A stretch of DNA of 41,860 bases, the filler included, from Leucoraja erinacea (lineage: Eukaryota): the NCBI RefSeq assembly GCF_028641065.1. It is 2 parts of 2 records of this genome, joined end to end, with 100 filler letters (N's around TTAATTAATTAA, not from the genome) between each part and the next. Parts side by side here need not be neighbours in the genome. Positions count along the whole stretch, not along the records: positions 20,315 to 41,860 come from NC_073390.1; 1 more part is not named here. One strand, written 5' to 3'. The notes beneath the pieces were generated by a model. That model had not been told where the DNA came from and searched no databases. It saw only the letters and a list, made by a program, of their open reading frames with translations. Below are positions 36,875 to 41,860 of the stretch, piece after piece. Both the position numbers and the translations under genes were made by a program. Position 1 is the first letter of the stretch. Every line of letters begins with the position of its first letter.

Positions 36875-37874
36875 ACAGATAGCAACCAAGTTCAGAATTG
36901 AACCCAGGCCTCTGGTGCTATGAATCAGTAGCTATACCAGCTGTACCACTGTGCAGCCCTTTGTCCTTGTGGCATGCAGACTTCTAAACCACACCCAATT
37001 TGTGTTATTCTGTTTTTGACTTGAATTTCTAGTTCCTGGAACTCTTCAGTTTAATTTTCTTCTACAATATTCTACTTTGTTTCACTTAGTCCAGCTTTCC
37101 CAGATATTGGGTTTAGGTTTATTACTGGCACATGTACTGAGGTACAGTGAAAAGCTTCATTTCACATGCTATCCAAACACATCAGATGTATCTTACATAA
37201 ATACAATCGTCAAACTCAACTACAATAGTACAATGGTTAATGGTTATATGGTTATATGGTTACAATAGATAGAACAATGGGGAAGGTACATGAGATGAGG
37301 AAAGCAATTTTCACACAGAGAGTGGTGATTCTCTGGAATTCTCTGCCACAGAATGTAGTCGAGGCCAGTTCATTGGCTATATTTAAGAGGGAGTTAGATG
37401 TGTCTCGGTGACTGCCAATCACCACCCCCCCCTCCGGACACTTATTATATTTTTTTATTCAAATCGTTTGCTATGTCGCTCTTCAAGGGAGATGCTAAAT
37501 GCATTTCGTTGTCTCTGTACTGTACACTGACAATGACAATTAAAATTGAATCTGAATCTGAATCTGAATCTGAATCTGAATCTGTGTCCCTTGTGGCTAA
37601 AGGGATCAGGGGGTATGGAGAGAAGGCAAGTACAGGATACTGAGTTAGATGATCAGCCATGATCATATTGAATGGTGTTGCAGGCTCGAAGGGCCGAATG
37701 GCCTACTCTTGTACCTATTTTCTATGTTTCAATGTTTCTCTAGAGACGCTGCCTAACCCATTCAGTTACTCCAGCATTGGGTCTTTTTTTTGGTATAAAA
37801 TGTGGAAGCTTGGAAAAAAAGAGAATGAATTCTTATTTTGAACATGCCTGAATTTTCTTTAGTAGAGAGTCCCC

Positions 37875-38558
37875 ATCTTGTAGCCTCTATATATCTGTTC
37901 ATGAAGTCTTCTGTGGACAGTGGTCATTGACAAATCCACACCTGACTCCTGAAGAGTGTTTCTGATCTGTCGGGCAGGTGTTTGGGGATTTTTCTTTATT
38001 ATAGAGAGAATTCTTCTGTCATCAGCTGTGGAGGTCTTCCTTGGCCTGCCAGTCCCTTTGTGATTAGTAAGCTCACCAGTGCTCTCTTTTTTGTTAATGA
38101 TGTTCCAAACAGTTGATTTTGGTAAGCCTAAGGTTTGGTTGATGTCTCTAACAGTTTTATTCTTGTTTCTCAGTCTCATAATGGCTTCATTGACTTTCAT
38201 TGGCGCAACTTTGGTCCTCATGTTGATAAACAGCGATAAATGTTTCCAAAGGTGATGGAAAGACTGGAGGAAAGACTGAGAGCTCTCTTATACCTACATT
38301 AAGGAGACATTTAAACCCACCTGAGCAATTACAAACACCTGTGAAGCCATGTGTCCCAAACATTATTGTGCCCTGAAATAGGTGGACTATGTACAAACAC
38401 ATGGTGAAACCGAGACGTATAAAAATGGCCTTTAATAAAATCTGACAATGTGCGCTTTAACCACATGTGATATTTTCTATTACAAATCTCAAATTGTGGA
38501 GTACAGAGGCAAATAAATAAATGATGGGTCTTTGTCCGAAACATTATGGCGGGCACTG
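37875..38558 (-). mobile_element. Truncated Tc1-like transposon (5' TIR plus DNA-binding domain)
   Basis: Paired-like HTH ..LGLPKSTVWNII..GRPRKTS..; terminus TA|CAGTG on the minus strand at 38558-38560; internal direct repeat TGTCC(C/G)AAACATTAT. Confidence 0.88.
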
Positions 38559-38712
38559 TATGTGCCAAACACAGGCAGGTGGCACTAGCGTAGATAGGAC
38601 ATGCTGGTTGGGCCGAAGGGCCTGTTTCCAAGCTCTATGACTATAGTAGTTCGTTGTACCTCATATAGTTGCAACAGAGATTGCTCAATGCTGCATTTCT
38701 TGAAAACATGTG

Positions 38713-38729
38713 GAAAGCGAAAGTGAAAC
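38713..38729 (+). promoter_or_regulatory. Triple-GAAA ISRE upstream of the UBL gene
   Basis: GAAAGCGAAAGTGAAAC, about 75 bp before the ATG at 38802. Confidence 0.8.
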
Positions 38730-38801
38730 CTAGTCCAGTTTTAAACAGATTCTGTGAACTAACGAAGAGAGAACAGAGCGGTTGACGGTCCGGGTGCTGC
38801 G

Positions 38802-38940
38802 ATGTCGAAAAGGATTCAAGTGTACGTGAACGACCTGAAAGGAAAAACATATACTATTAATATTGGGGAATCCGAAGATGATTTCAAAAGGATGACAGTC
38901 CTCAGTCTAAAGAAGAAAGTGATCGCGAAATTGCTACCAG
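38802..38940 (+). CDS. Ubiquitin-like protein exon 1 (MSKRIQVYVNDLKGKTYTINIGESEDDFKRMTVLSLKKKVIAKLLP)
   Basis: Matches ubiquitin beta1-beta2-alpha1 (MQIFVKTLTGKTITL..TIENVKAKI); phase-1 donor CAG|GTCCGT is compatible with exon 2. Confidence 0.85.
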
Positions 38941-39438
38941 GTCCGTGAGTAAAATGTGGCGTCTAGTTTTCAAAAATAAAAGCTGGGATGAAATCGAGAA
39001 AGCAGTTTGTAATGGGGGGGGTGCAAATTTGGAATGACAATATTCCACGGGGTCGATAGACACGTGGTTACGTGTGTGACTAATGCACGGGATCAATGCT
39101 GGATGTAAAGGCGAAGTTTAGACGGGTTACCAAAGACGGCAGCGCAAGGAACTGCAGATGTTGGTTTACAAATGAAAAGTGCTGGGGAACAAAGTGAGCC
39201 GGACAGGCAGCACCTCCATGATGGACAAGCGACGTTTCAGGTCGGGACCCTTCCTCAGACTGATTGTTGTTGGGGATAGGAAGCTAGAATAGAGACACTG
39301 AATCAATGTGTGGATGGGTGTGGGGGGTGAACAAAGTCTGGCAAGTGATCGGTGGAAAAGGCATTCAGGATGGACTTGATGCTGTGTTCTTTTCTCACCC
39401 CCCCCCCCCCCCCCCCCCTCTTTTTTTCTTTTCTGCAG

Positions 39439-39584
39439 AGGTCCGGGGCACAGATGACCTCCGCCTGCTTTTTGGCAGTGATCAACTGGAAGACAATAAA
39501 ACATTGGCTGCTCACGGGATCCAGGACAGATCCACAATACTCATCGTACTGAGTCTGCCAGGAGGGGGAACGTACAGCGAGTGA
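39439..39584 (+). CDS. Ubiquitin-like protein exon 2 (EVRGTDDLRLLFGSDQLEDNKTLAAHGIQDRSTILIVLSLPGG-GTYSE*)
   Basis: Long pyrimidine tract plus cag; aligns with ubiquitin [36 protein letters not shown]; spliced product 94 aa. Confidence 0.88.
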
Positions 39585-40699
39585 GATTCTCACCCGTGAA
39601 ACATTCGTGTGGAAATGAAGATTCTGGACAATGAATAGTAATGATCCATATGTCTCTGATCCGAAAATGCCGACACAACGATAATCTTAACATTCATAAA
39701 GTGTATGTTACCCAATGTACCTTAGTATTTATTTCAATATGGGGCTTCAACATTTCACCTGATGTTCTATACACTGTATTCTCGTCTGTAAACCAATCCT
39801 GCATTGTTTCAATACTTTATTTTTATCCTCACCGAAATAGTCTTTGTATTTCCCCATCAGCTGTTTAGCATGGGATAGTAAATGCGATGATTACACTACC
39901 TATCGAGTGAGTAAATACAACGAGGCAGTTTTGTATAAACGTTGCATGCATGACCTTTGCTCAAATATTATTTACCTTTATCCTTTATTAATAAATATTT
40001 TAAATGTATGCAGTGTTGTACAAGCACAAGGCTGGTGTTTAAGACGGGAGGTGAAAATATTGGAGAACTAAATGTGGAAAGATGACTAATGAAGGCAAGC
40101 ATGCCAAATAATTGACTCACCACTGCCGTCAGGGAACTATGCACTTCTAACCCGAGGCCTGCCCTGGTTTAACACCAAAATGCAACACGTTGCACTTGTC
40201 ACAGTTATATTCTATTTGCCATTCCTTGGCCGACTTTCTCATTTGTTCCAGATTGTAATCCTAAATAACCTTCTTTACCCCCCACTCTATCTCCAATGTT
40301 GGTGTTGGTAGCCAACTTTGCCCAGCTCACTGTACGGCAACAATGCAGGAACTCCTGGCATTAACTGCTCCAATATATACCACTAGTCTCGAAAATGAAT
40401 GTTTAATCATTGTACCCAAGTCCTACTCTAATTCCTAGTTAATCCACACATGAGATTTTATTTACCCTAGTACTATAAACATTCAACTAATAGAAGAAAC
40501 ATCACAAACAATTTCACATTTATAAAGGCAGGTTTCTACACATATTTTTCATGTTATTTTCAGAAAATTGTATCACATCTTGTTATAATTTTACTGTTGG
40601 TGAAGTGAAAGAATAAAATGAAGAAATGTGTGGATAACTTTGTCATCTTTTCCATTGATTCCCTTGCATTAAATATGTGTGTAGTTTACTTATCCTTAA

Positions 40700-41165
40700 G
40701 GGGCTGTCCCACTTGGGCGACCTCCACCGCGAGTTCTGGCGAGTTTGCCCTCAATCCATACTCGTAGCATGGTCGCCACAAGGTCGTAGGAGGTCTTCGT
40801 AACTCTCCTTCATGTTCGAGAGTGGTCTCCGCGTACTCGAGGCCTCAGCTAGGTCGCTGCGGTTTTTTCACTATGTTAAAAAATGCCTGCGAGTAAAAAA
40901 AGGTCGCCATGGAAAAATCGATACTTTTTTTACTCGTAGGTTTAGTCGTAGTAGGTCGGCATGTCAGTCGTGGGTAGTCGAAGCTAGTCGTAGGTAATCT
41001 TCATCATAGTCGAAGGGCGGTCGAAGGAGGTCGTCTTCACTCTCCACTATTCGGTGTCCAATTTTCCCTTAGTTAGTCGAAGCTGGTCTTCAACGCGACA
41101 TTTTTTTCAAACTCTCCTAAGCTCTTCTTAACTTGCCAATTAGGTCGCCCAAATGGGACAGGCCA
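40700..41165. mobile_element. Harbinger-like MITE
   Basis: TIRs GGGCTGTCCCACTTGGGCGACCT / AGGTCGCCCAAATGGGACAGGCC; TAA on the left. Confidence 0.75.
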
Positions 41166-41860
41166 TTTACTCTTCATTCTCAACCTGAAACATCGCCCAT
41201 TCCTTCTCTCCAGAGATGCTGCCTGATCCGCTGAGTTACTCCAGCATTTTGTGTCTACCGTTGATTTTACCAGTATCTGCAATTCTTTCTTACACAAAAA
41301 GTGAAACCTTTATTGTCTGCGCTCAATCATGTTCTACGATTCTTACTGCCATAAGGCTAAATGGCCCAGAATGAAGTTGAACAGAGCATATGTACATTGT
41401 GACAACACACAAACACAAGCAAATAGGAGCAAGAGGACGTCACCCTAAACCTGCCACACCATGCAATATGACAATGGTTGGTGACTTCACTTCTGTGCCC
41501 ATTCCCTATAACACCTATGGGCGGCACAGTGGTGCAACTGTACAGTTGCTGCCTTACAGTGCCAGAGGCAGAATAATCAGGTTCCATCCTGACTGTGGGT
41601 GTTGTCTGTACAGAGTTTGTACATTCTCCCCGTAAACTGCGTGGGGTTTCTCCCTGATCTCCAGTTTCCTTGTGGATTTTATTGTCAATATAATTGATTA
41701 ACAGTTCATTTATATTTTCATAATAAATTCATATTTTTAATGTCTTTGTCAATTTTTGTACATCTTAATATATAGAGACTGGGATGAGTGATTTAACTGA
41801 TAAAGGTTAATAAAAGGTTACATTCATAACGCTCAGGAACATACTCTGCCCACGGCATCA

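Noticed and set aside
38802-39584. Calling the UBL ISG15, FAT10, NEDD8 or ubiquitin
   Set aside because: Single domain, far too divergent from ubiquitin and NEDD8, and no LRLRGG.

Overview
Vertebrate DNA, most likely a cartilaginous fish (skate/ray-like), with three assembly gaps. Left half (5.2-18.7 kb): one cluster-type IgM heavy-chain minilocus with leader, a V segment already germline-joined to D (ending in a 12-RSS), a single J with a 23-RSS, and Cmu1-Cmu4 with a secretory tail. No TM exons are visible. Right half, after an artificial 100-bp scaffold spacer: a tandemly duplicated cassette of a single-domain ubiquitin-like protein (complete copy at 38802-39584; 3' end of a paralog at 20317-20400) and a 4-exon, 307-aa RBR-type E3-ligase-like gene (28078-30444) whose RING1 keeps only one zinc site. 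Both complete genes have ISRE/IRF motifs just upstream, so this is a candidate interferon-induced, non-ISG15 UBL conjugation module. The rest is repeats: CR1-, Rex1- and L2-type LINE fragments, Penelope remnants and short elements with minimal hammerhead motifs, Tc1, hAT and Harbinger-like MITEs, and tRNA-SINEs.
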